From: an uncultured virus (IMG/VR IMGVR_UViG_3300009183_000053)
Taxonomy: Duplodnaviria; Heunggongvirae; Uroviricota; Caudoviricetes
DNA: 57,431 nt
Reading direction: 5' to 3' (one strand)
Virus record (IMG/VR): IMGVR_UViG_3300009183_000053
Under the pieces are notes generated by a model. That model made no database searches. It worked only from the letters and a program-made list of their open reading frames with translations, and had not been told where the DNA came from. A program made the position numbers and the translations under genes. Within the stretch, counting starts at the first letter, position 1. Each line of letters begins with the position of its first letter. Shown in pieces: positions 9,874 to 18,288 of the stretch.

Positions 9874-11109
9874 TTAAATCGCTGTGCCGGTATATATGGA
9901 AAGAATTTCTGAATCAGTCAATTCACCATCTATAATCTGAATTGCATCTAGTGATGTAGGAGATGCTACACCTGGATAAGGGTATTGTGTTCCTATATAA
10001 TTTGTTCCCATGTAATTACTATTAACTAAAATATTACTAGCAGAAGTTTCTTTAACTCCATTGACATAAGAATCTACTCTTAGAGTGGATTTAACAACCC
10101 ATGCTAACATAACCCAGCTGCCTGTGTTAACACTAGTTGTTCCTTGATTATCTGTTCCATTTGCTACTGTGATTTTTCCGTTACTCATACCTAAACCCCA
10201 ATAAGTGGCATTTCCGGTGTTAGCAAAGATTCCAACACTAGGTGAATAAGAACCTCCAGTATTACTTTGCGTGCCTTTATACCAAGCAACATAAGTTTTA
10301 CTTCTTGTTGATGAGTTGTCAGTTAATTGGTCTATTGTTAAGTAGGTACCTGTTCCCCATCCAGTTGCAAAACCAGAATTACTAACACCACCAGTTGATT
10401 GATAGGATAATGTTCCTACTGTTGTAACTGTGTAAGAACCTGTTACTGTTAAACCACTAGCATTAAATTGTAATCCTAGTAGTTTTGTTTTGCCAGCTGG
10501 CGTTTTTAATTCAACACCAGTAACAGCATTTATACTAAAACTTCTACTAGTTGTTTGTAACTCAGCATCAGTAGCTGTAATTGTAAAATTATAAGTAGCA
10601 GCTGAACCTGTAGTAGTACCAGAGATTACACCCGTACTTGAATTTAAACTTAATCCTGTTGGCAAACTGCCTGATGTAACACTGTAAGCAATTGTGGTAT
10701 CACTGTTTGCACTTATTGTAATTGATGTGCTTGCATCGACAAATGAAGAACCTAAAGAACCACTTGCAGTTGACCATATAGGCACATCACTAAAGGATAT
10801 ACCAGCAGGTTTAATTCCAGAAGAACCATCATCATTATAAACATAGACATTATATGTACCAGCAGTTTTGGCTGGACTTATAAATGTTAAACTTGCACCA
10901 CTTACATAGGTGGTGTTACAACTAGTTTCGTTTACATAAACGATTGAAGCAGCTTTAAAACCAGAACCATTAACTGTTACAGTTTCACCACCGGTTATCC
11001 TTGCAGCAGTAGCACTACCTGTAAAAGTTACAGATGATATCTTAATACCACCACCTAAAGAATTTAGTGCTGCTGTTGCTATGTTATCTGTTGTAATTTT
11101 GAGTGTCAT
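9874..11109 (-). CDS. Adhesin-like protein: IPT/TIG + putative Ig domain + LamG/ConA-like lectin domain
   Basis: GGETVTVNGSGF..GTYNVYVYN.DG (IPT); SGSLPTGLSLNSSTGVISGT..YNFTITATD (He_PIG-like); W.K..SW...YVNG..LD.IQI..L.DSEI..IY (LamG-like). Confidence 0.75.
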   Translation of the reverse strand: MTLKITTDNIATAALNSLGGGIKISSVTFTGSATAARITGGETVTVNGSGFKAASIVYVNETSCNTTYVSGASLTFISPAKTAGTYNVYVYNDDGSSGIKPAGISFSDVPIWSTASGSLGSSFVDASTSITISANSDTTIAYSVTSGSLPTGLSLNSSTGVISGTTTGSAATYNFTITATDAELQTTSRSFSINAVTGVELKTPAGKTKLLGLQFNASGLTVTGSYTVTTVGTLSYQSTGGVSNSGFATGWGTGTYLTIDQLTDNSSTRSKTYVAWYKGTQSNTGGSYSPSVGIFANTGNATYWGLGMSNGKITVANGTDNQGTTSVNTGSWVMLAWVVKSTLRVDSYVNGVKETSASNILVNSNYMGTNYIGTQYPYPGVASPTSLDAIQIIDGELTDSEILSIYTGTAI

Positions 11110-11118
11110 ATTATTTTC

Positions 11119-12084
11119 TTAGAATGTAATAGAACCTGAACTGGTCCATTTATAAACTCTGTAACCATCGGCAACTGTAACTGTTGGTGAACCTGTAGTT
11201 GCTGTTGCTGCTTTATAATCAACTGCATAACGAATAACAACTATGCCTGAACCACCTGTACCTGCACCACTTGAAGTATATCCTGCAGTACCATTAGAAC
11301 CTCCGCCGCCACCGCCAGAATTAATACCACCTGCGCCTGCAACAGCACCTACATTACCGTTGCCGCCACCATTACTACCGCCAGTGCCGGCAGTTGTGCC
11401 TGACCACGTACTACCGCCACCGCCACCGCCTGCGCCGCCGTCACCACCTTTTACACCAGTATTATAACAACCGCCACCACCACCGCCTGCATAATACAAT
11501 GATGTTCCGGTTATTGATGAAGATAATCCAGCTCCGCCGTTTCCACCAGAAGGGAAAGATGCTGCTATAGCATTAGAACCTGCAGCGCCAGCACCACCGC
11601 CACCTCCGCCTGCGCCGCCTGATCCATCAAGTCCACCGCCACCGTTGTTGCCTTGTCCTGCGGTGCCCGCACCACCACCTGATGCTACGCTAGCACTTCC
11701 TGAATCAGAACCTCCACCGCCAGAACCACCTGATGCGCCTTTACCTGCAATGCCCGATCCTCCATAACCACCGCCTAAAGATGTAATTGTTGAGAATGAT
11801 GAATTTGTGCCGTTCGCACCTGCAAGGTTTGTTGATGCAGCTGCACCAGCACCACCTGCACCAATTGTTACTGTTAATGATACACCAGGAGATACTGCAA
11901 AACCAGCTGCAGTTTTAAAACCACCAGCACCACCGCCACCACCAAGCCAAGCACCACCGCCACCACCACCAGCAACGACAAGATATTCAATTGCGTTTGC
12001 TGTTGGTATTGATGGATTAGATATACTTGTGCTATTAAAAACCTTAGCACTAAGTTTTTCTGTGCTGTGCGTTTTTACCACCAT
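11119..12084 (-). CDS. Glycine-rich domain protein (putative receptor-binding tip)
   Basis: IEYLVVAGGGGGG...GGSGIVVIRY...YRVYKWTSSGSITF; paralogue of 5055..6008. Confidence 0.8.
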   Translation of the reverse strand: MVVKTHSTEKLSAKVFNSTSISNPSIPTANAIEYLVVAGGGGGGAWLGGGGGAGGFKTAAGFAVSPGVSLTVTIGAGGAGAAASTNLAGANGTNSSFSTITSLGGGYGGSGIAGKGASGGSGGGGSDSGSASVASGGGAGTAGQGNNGGGGLDGSGGAGGGGGGAGAAGSNAIAASFPSGGNGGAGLSSSITGTSLYYAGGGGGGCYNTGVKGGDGGAGGGGGGSTWSGTTAGTGGSNGGGNGNVGAVAGAGGINSGGGGGGSNGTAGYTSSGAGTGGSGIVVIRYAVDYKAATATTGSPTVTVADGYRVYKWTSSGSITF

Positions 12085-12413
12085 TAACTAATCTCCGAAC
12101 CAAACAAGTTGAAACTTAGATTTGCAGTACCTGCATATACTGTAACTATATCAGTACTAGCTAGTGTGATACCAATTGTTAAACTGATACTATCGTAAGA
12201 TGGAATAGCACCATTGTATGCAATATAGTGTTTTGGATCCAATGTTGCACCTGCTGGTCGTATTGCAATTCTATAAAAATCATTACTAGCCGATTGATTA
12301 CAAATAGTAATAGTTGAAGCTATTGCACTTGTTGCTGCTGGCACCGTATAAAGTGTTGTTGCTGTTGTTGCCAGCGGGTTTGATTGTCCTAAAACTTTGT
12401 ATGTGATTGCCAT
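12084..12413 (-). CDS. ~110-aa putative adaptor (copy 2)
   Basis: YKVLGQSNP..TATTLYTVPAA..RIAIRPAGA..FGSEIS. Confidence 0.8.
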   Translation of the reverse strand: MAITYKVLGQSNPLATTATTLYTVPAATSAIASTITICNQSASNDFYRIAIRPAGATLDPKHYIAYNGAIPSYDSISLTIGITLASTDIVTVYAGTANLSFNLFGSEIS

Positions 12414-12422
12414 GTTCTTTCC

Positions 12423-15400
12423 TTATCCACCCATTAATAAAAATGGGCTTAATGTTTCAGCTGAAGATACTGTAACTGCTAATTCACGCACTTGAATATC
12501 AACACCAGTGGCAGGCGCAGTTGCAAATACTACGTTTGCACCAGATACTGTGTAGTCTGTAGTTGGTCTCTGTAAAATACCGTTTTCTGCAACAAGTAAA
12601 TTGTTTACATTTACACCAGAGGTTACTGTAAAGTTTGTTGCAGTATTGTTGCCTGTATATGTTCTATATATTAAACTACTAGAACTTATATTTGTACCTG
12701 ATAATGTTGTGACTTCAATGTATGCTGTGTTTGGTGGAACAGAATCAAATGTTAAAATGTTTCCTGATAAACTATAAGAAGTTTTAGGTTGCATCACACC
12801 TTGTACAGAAACAAAGATTATGTTTTCACTGTCTGGTGTTGTTGACAAAGTGAATGCTGAATTTGAACCATCGCCAGTAAACACATCAACAAAACCTGTT
12901 AATGTTGCAGTAGAACTGGTGTTTGCTTTATTGTAAGCCGCATTTGCTTGCGCTCTTGCCCAAGTGTCTGCACCACCGGCAGTATTGGCTGCTATGAAAG
13001 CTGCGTTAGCTGTATTGTATGCGTTGTTGGCTTGATTTCTAACCCACGGATCCGTTGCATTGTTAGCTGCATTGAAGGCTGCGTTAGCAGTTACAAAGGC
13101 ACCGTTAGCGAATGATGCAGCTGAGTTTGCTTTATCGAAAGCACCATTAGCAAATGATGCTGTGGTATTCTGAGAGGCATAAGAAGCATTAGCGGTTACA
13201 AAGGCACTGTTAGCAAATAATGCACCAGAATTGGCTGTTATGTAAGATGCGTTAGCAAATCCAGCAGTTGTATTTTGTGCTGTATATGATGCATTAGCAG
13301 TTATAAAAGCTGCATTAGCAAATGTTGCTGTGGTATTTTGTGCAATATAAGACGCATTGGCTCTTAGAAATGCACCGTTTGCAAATGAGTTGGTTACACC
13401 TATTGATGTTGCAATTGTTGTGCTAAAGTTGGCATCGTTACCTAACGCAGTTGCCAATTCATTTAATGTATCTAACGTTGTTGGCGCAGAGTTTACAAGA
13501 TTTGCAATTGCATTACCAACATAAGTTGTTGTTGCATATCCAGCAGAAGCATGATTGCCCCAAGCATATGCTGCATTGGCTGTTATGAAGGCACCATTAG
13601 CAAATGATGCACCAGAATTGGCTGCATTGTATGCTGCGTTTGCTTGTGTTCTTACCCAAGTATCTGTTGAGTTATTGGCCGCATTAAAGGCAGCATTAGC
13701 AGTTATGAAGGCACCATTAGCAAAACTGCCAGCACTATTGGCCTTATCATATGCATTATTAGCTTGAGTTCTTACCCAACTATCAGTAGAATTATTGGCT
13801 TGTAAGAAGGCAGCATTTGCTGTTGCATATGCGGAGTTTGCTCTAACAAAAGCAGAATTGGAGTTGTCTGTAACAACAGGAACATTACTTAATAATTCAC
13901 GTACTTGAATTATTGTTCCATTTGCTGGAGTATCCACAAAAGTAATAGTATTTCCTGTTACACTATAATCTGTTAGTGGATTTTGTGTAATACCATTATC
14001 AAAAACAAGTATACTATTTGCAGTTGTGTTAGATGAAATTGAAAATGTATTCGTGTTACCATCACCAGTAAAATTTCTGGTTATATAATAAACTGAAGCT
14101 GTATTACTGGCTGTAATAATTGTACTGTATGCTAAGTTTGCGGTAACGAAAGCTGCATTGGCTGTACTTCTTGCATATGCATCTGCACTGCCGGTGTTGG
14201 CTGCATTAAAGGCTGCGTTAGCAGTTACAAAGGCACTGTTAGCAAATGATGCCGTGGTGTTTTGTGATGTGTAAGATGCATTAGCAGTTATGAAGGCACC
14301 GTTAGCGAATGATGCTGTAGTATTCTGAGATGCATAAGAAGCATTAGCTGTTACAAATGCAGCATTAGCAAAACCTGCCGTGATATTCTGTGCAACATAT
14401 GATGCATTAGCAGTTACAAAAGCACCATTAGCAAATGATGCAGTAGTATTTTGTGCTGTATAGGATGCATTAGCTGTTACAAAAGATGCATTGGCCAATC
14501 CGGCCGTTATATTTTGAGATACATAAACTGCATTTGCTGTTGTATAAGATGCATTAGCAAATCCAGCAGTTATATTTTGTGATGTGTAAGAAGCATTAGC
14601 AGTTACAAAAGCACCATTAGCAAATGATGCTGCTGAGTTTGCAACTATAAAGGATGCATTTGCAAAACTGGCTGCTGAGTTGGCAACAACAAATGCACCA
14701 TTGGCAAAACTAGAACCAGTATTTGCAACTCCGTAACTAGAATTCGCACGGTCAAATGCACCATTAGCGAATGAAGCAGCTGCATTGGCGCCAACAAAAG
14801 CACCATTAGCAAATGAACCTGCATTGTTTGCCTGTACAAAAGCACCGTTAGCAAAACTGGCCGCTGAGTTAGCTGCCGTGTATGCTGTGTTTGCTTGTGT
14901 TCTGACCCAAGTATCGGTGGAATTATTGGCCGCATTAAAGGCTGCATTTGCCTTATCGAAGGCACCATTAGCAAATACAGCGGCTGAATTGGAGGTTATG
15001 AAAGATGCATTTGCAAAATTACCGGATGAATTGGCTGCAGCAAATGCATTATTAGCCTGACCTCTTACCCAAGTATCAGTAGAGTTATTGGCTGCATTAA
15101 AGGCTGCATTGGCCGTTGAATATGATGAATTGGCTCTGTTAAATGCTGAATTGGAATTATCAGTAACAACAGGAACATTACTTAATAATTCACGTACTTG
15201 AATTATTGTTCCATTTGCTGGAGTATCCACAAAGATGATTGTGTTTCCTGTTACACTATAGTCCGTTATTGGATTCTGTGTAATACCATTATCAAAAACA
15301 AGAATACTATTCGCAGATGTATTGGATGAAATTGAAAAGTTGTTTGTGTTACCATCACCAATAAAATTTCTGGTGATATAATACAATGCCGCTGTATTAC

Positions 15401-16676
15401 TGGCTGTAATAATTGTACTGTATGCTAAATTGGCTGTACTAAAAGCCGCATTTGCTTGTGCTCTCGCAAAAGTGTCCGCACCACCAGATGTATTTGCTTG
15501 TGCATAGGCTGCATTAGCATGGTTAAAAGCCAAACTAGATATTGTTACACCGGTATTGGCTTGTGTAAATGCACCATTAGCAAATGATGCTGCCGCATTG
15601 GCTGTTACAAAAGATGAATTAGCAAAACTAGAACCTGAATTTGCCGTAGTATAACTGGAGTTTGCTCTATCAAATGCACCATTAGCAAATGAACCAGCAC
15701 TTGTTGCTTTACTATCAGCTGTATTGGATGTTGTGAATGCTCCGTTAGCAAAACTTGCTGCTGAGTTAGCAGTTACAAATGCACCATTAGCAAAACTGCC
15801 AGCACTATTGGCTTTATCGTATGAATTATTAGCCTGACCTCTTACCCAAGTATCTGTTGAATTATTAGCCTGTGCGTAGGCCGCATTAGCACGGTCAAAG
15901 GCTGCATTAGAAAAGATTGCAGTAGTGTTTTGTGAAAGATATGATGCATTAGCGGTTACAAAGGACGCATTGGCAAACGATGCTGATGAATTAGCCGTAT
16001 CAAATGCATTATTAGCCTGACTTCTTACCCACGTATCAGTAGAATTATTTGCCTGTGCATAAGCAGCATTGGCTCTATCGAAAGATGCATTAGCAAATAT
16101 AGATGTTGAGTTGGCAACTACAAAAGAACCATTGGCAAACGAAGCTGCCGAGTTGGCCTTATCGTATGCCGTGTTAGCTTGTGTTCTTACCCATGTATCG
16201 GTGGAACTATTGTTGGCCTGCAAAAAGGCCGCATTAGCAGTTGCATACGCTGCATTGGCAGTGTTTGATGCATATGGATCTACGGCACCACCGCCAGTGA
16301 TAGTTGTTATCTCAACATTGGCACCATTTTCAAATGTGGTATCAAAGTAAACTACATTACCTGTAACAGTATATGTACTTCTTAATTGAGTAATACCATC
16401 GACTACCGCAATTATATAGTTTTCACTTGATGGTGTTGTACTTAAATTAAATGTTGATGTTGCACCATTAGCGGTGAACGCATCGGAATAAACTGATACT
16501 GGTGATGCAGTAAAGTTTCCACCAGTATTTGCTTGTGCATAGGCTGCGTTGGCCCTAGCAAAAGCCGCATTGGCAAAAGAGGCTGCTGAGTTAGCAGTTA
16601 CAAATGCACCATTAGCAAATGAACCAGCTAACCTTACATCCTTCTTATCTTGATTGCCAATGTAAGTAAATTCCAT
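12423..16676 (-). CDS. 1417-aa fibre trunk: Asn/Ala heptad coiled coils, five ~60-aa beta domains, APTTLDTLNELATALGND fibre motif, C-terminal PFLLMGG
   Basis: Translated sequence; recognised tail-fibre motif. Confidence 0.8.
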   Translation of the reverse strand: MEFTYIGNQDKKDVRLAGSFANGAFVTANSAASFANAAFARANAAYAQANTGGNFTASPVSVYSDAFTANGATSTFNLSTTPSSENYIIAVVDGITQLRSTYTVTGNVVYFDTTFENGANVEITTITGGGAVDPYASNTANAAYATANAAFLQANNSSTDTWVRTQANTAYDKANSAASFANGSFVVANSTSIFANASFDRANAAYAQANNSTDTWVRSQANNAFDTANSSASFANASFVTANASYLSQNTTAIFSNAAFDRANAAYAQANNSTDTWVRGQANNSYDKANSAGSFANGAFVTANSAASFANGAFTTSNTADSKATSAGSFANGAFDRANSSYTTANSGSSFANSSFVTANAAASFANGAFTQANTGVTISSLAFNHANAAYAQANTSGGADTFARAQANAAFSTANLAYSTIITASNTAALYYITRNFIGDGNTNNFSISSNTSANSILVFDNGITQNPITDYSVTGNTIIFVDTPANGTIIQVRELLSNVPVVTDNSNSAFNRANSSYSTANAAFNAANNSTDTWVRGQANNAFAAANSSGNFANASFITSNSAAVFANGAFDKANAAFNAANNSTDTWVRTQANTAYTAANSAASFANGAFVQANNAGSFANGAFVGANAAASFANGAFDRANSSYGVANTGSSFANGAFVVANSAASFANASFIVANSAASFANGAFVTANASYTSQNITAGFANASYTTANAVYVSQNITAGLANASFVTANASYTAQNTTASFANGAFVTANASYVAQNITAGFANAAFVTANASYASQNTTASFANGAFITANASYTSQNTTASFANSAFVTANAAFNAANTGSADAYARSTANAAFVTANLAYSTIITASNTASVYYITRNFTGDGNTNTFSISSNTTANSILVFDNGITQNPLTDYSVTGNTITFVDTPANGTIIQVRELLSNVPVVTDNSNSAFVRANSAYATANAAFLQANNSTDSWVRTQANNAYDKANSAGSFANGAFITANAAFNAANNSTDTWVRTQANAAYNAANSGASFANGAFITANAAYAWGNHASAGYATTTYVGNAIANLVNSAPTTLDTLNELATALGNDANFSTTIATSIGVTNSFANGAFLRANASYIAQNTTATFANAAFITANASYTAQNTTAGFANASYITANSGALFANSAFVTANASYASQNTTASFANGAFDKANSAASFANGAFVTANAAFNAANNATDPWVRNQANNAYNTANAAFIAANTAGGADTWARAQANAAYNKANTSSTATLTGFVDVFTGDGSNSAFTLSTTPDSENIIFVSVQGVMQPKTSYSLSGNILTFDSVPPNTAYIEVTTLSGTNISSSSLIYRTYTGNNTATNFTVTSGVNVNNLLVAENGILQRPTTDYTVSGANVVFATAPATGVDIQVRELAVTVSSAETLSPFLLMGG
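13860..15460. repeat. Internal ~300-bp duplication (about 13860-14160 and 15150-15460)
   Basis: Long identical runs, e.g. gtaacaacaggaacattacttaataattcacgtacttgaattattgttccatttgctggagtatccacaaa in both copies. Confidence 0.85.
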
Positions 16677-16677
16677 G

Positions 16678-17004
16678 TTATGTTATTTCCAATAGACTCA
16701 CAATAACATCAGCTGCTGAAGCATTACTTGTTGAGACTTTTAGTATATCATTGGCTCTCATTACTAATTTTTGTTCACCACCAATAGTAATTAAAGAATT
16801 ACCTGGATCAATTGGTGCCATCTTAACCATATAATAGTCCGACCCACCAGAAGTTAAAATGACGTTTGCGGTTATTGATGTGTTTAGTATGTTTGCTATA
16901 GTCATGCCAATGACTGTCGTTGATACATTGGCACCAGCTGTATAGATTGCTGTAGGTGATGTTCCGACTGCTGCTTGTAGTTGATTTTTAAAAGTATTTG
17001 CCAT
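16678..17004 (-). CDS. ~110-aa putative adaptor (copy 1)
   Basis: MANTFKN..IYTAGA..TVIGMTIAN..KLVMRANDILKV..SLLEIT. Confidence 0.75.
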   Translation of the reverse strand: MANTFKNQLQAAVGTSPTAIYTAGANVSTTVIGMTIANILNTSITANVILTSGGSDYYMVKMAPIDPGNSLITIGGEQKLVMRANDILKVSTSNASAADVIVSLLEIT

Positions 17005-17022
17005 TTAAATTTCCTTATCCTT

Positions 17023-17030
17023 TATTTATT
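17023..17030 (-). promoter_or_regulatory. Late promoter-like box AATAAATA
   Basis: Intergenic, upstream of 17004. Confidence 0.6.
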
Positions 17031-17032
17031 CA

Positions 17033-17512
17033 TCAACTAAAGGCGATAGTGAAAGCAACAATGTCTGAGTTAGTGTCTAGTGCTGTTGTTCCTGTATTAG
17101 CTTTGGTATAAGCTGCATTAGCATGAGTGAACGCCGCATTAGCAAACGATGCAGTTGTATTTTGTGCTGCATATGCAGCGTTGGCACGGTCAAACGCAGG
17201 ACCAGGGTCATTTCCACCTGATACCGATGCATTGATTGTGATTGTTTTTGTGGTTGTATTTGTGCTGATGGTAACATTATTACCAGCAATGAAAGACAAG
17301 GTGTCCGAACCACTTCCCGCAAATATTAGGGAGCTGTTTGAGTTGATTGTGTCAAACGAAAATTGGTTGGAGATGTATGAAGTTCCACCAAGACTGTTTT
17401 TATAAAACAGTTTTCCATCGGCGTAGTTAAGAGCGACCTCACCAAATGCAAGACCTGATGGTGTGTTTCCTGTTACGCCTGATTTTTTTAACTGTATTGC
17501 TGTGTTTGACAT
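17033..17512 (-). CDS. Mini-fibre with T4 gp37-like N-terminal domain and hydrophobic C-terminus IVAFTIAFS
   Basis: IQLKKS..P..L..GEVALNYADGKLFYK. Confidence 0.7.
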   Translation of the reverse strand: MSNTAIQLKKSGVTGNTPSGLAFGEVALNYADGKLFYKNSLGGTSYISNQFSFDTINSNSSLIFAGSGSDTLSFIAGNNVTISTNTTTKTITINASVSGGNDPGPAFDRANAAYAAQNTTASFANAAFTHANAAYTKANTGTTALDTNSDIVAFTIAFS

Positions 17513-17516
17513 TTAC

Positions 17517-18242
17517 TTAAAACGATCCGCCATCCTTGAGTTCGCCATCAGCACCAACTAAACTTGTTATAGCAGTTGGTACCACTTCTTTATTCAGCTG
17601 TTCTTCAATTTTTTTTCGCTTGGCAGGAGGTAGTTGTAAGTATTCAATCTTTTCAGTTAATAATTTAATCGTATCATCTAAATTACTTTTTTCAGTTTCA
17701 TGTTTCTGAATCAACAGTTTAACATTCTTTTCATTTTCTTGATTAATGCCATCAATCTTTCCAGTATTTTCGGAATTAATAGAGTTGATTCTATTCTCAA
17801 GTTCTGTACGAACTCTATTAGTTTCTTCTCTGGCTCGAATCAATTCACCTTTAAACGTTTCAACATGTGTTGCTTGATTTTTAACACTTTCATAGTCTCT
17901 AAACTTTGTGTTTAATTCTTCAAGTTCAACACGATGTTTATTGGTCAATTCATTAATGTCGGTACTTTGTTTAGAAACAAGTTTTTCGGTTTCGGCTAAC
18001 TTGTTTTTTAAATCTTGTATAACATTATTTTCATTTGATGCATTGGTTTGTTCCAATTGTTCAATTAATGTTTGTAATTCATTATTGGATTTTGCCAATG
18101 CTTCAATTTTTTCACTCTGTTCTTTTACAACCTCATCAGTAATTTTTTGATTCGCTTGCATTGAAACATTTCGGACAACACAATCTGTCATTGTTGCCGT
18201 TAATGTTTCAATATAATAATTTAAATACTTTTCATTTGCCAT
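17517..18242 (-). CDS. Charged coiled-coil protein ending in DGGSF
   Basis: E/K/N-rich heptads; AGGAG RBS. Confidence 0.7.
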   Translation of the reverse strand: MANEKYLNYYIETLTATMTDCVVRNVSMQANQKITDEVVKEQSEKIEALAKSNNELQTLIEQLEQTNASNENNVIQDLKNKLAETEKLVSKQSTDINELTNKHRVELEELNTKFRDYESVKNQATHVETFKGELIRAREETNRVRTELENRINSINSENTGKIDGINQENEKNVKLLIQKHETEKSNLDDTIKLLTEKIEYLQLPPAKRKKIEEQLNKEVVPTAITSLVGADGELKDGGSF

Positions 18243-18288
18243 ATCAAACTCCTATCATAAAAAAAATCTATTACATTATATAGTCAGC

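Noticed and set aside
13860..15460. Diversity-generating retroelement template/variable repeat pair (Mtd_N-like domains are present)
   Set aside because: Both copies are coding within one gene, differences do not appear adenine-specific, and no reverse transcriptase is in the window
12423..16676. Antifreeze or ice-nucleation protein
   Set aside because: Period is 7 with Asn/Phe rather than 11-residue Thr or 8/16/48 repeats; tail-fibre motifs and context explain it
4135..17512. 21/42-bp periodic repeats as a CRISPR array or non-coding repeat system
   Set aside because: Degenerate, in-frame codon repeats of protein heptads; no constant repeat with unique spacers and no cas genes
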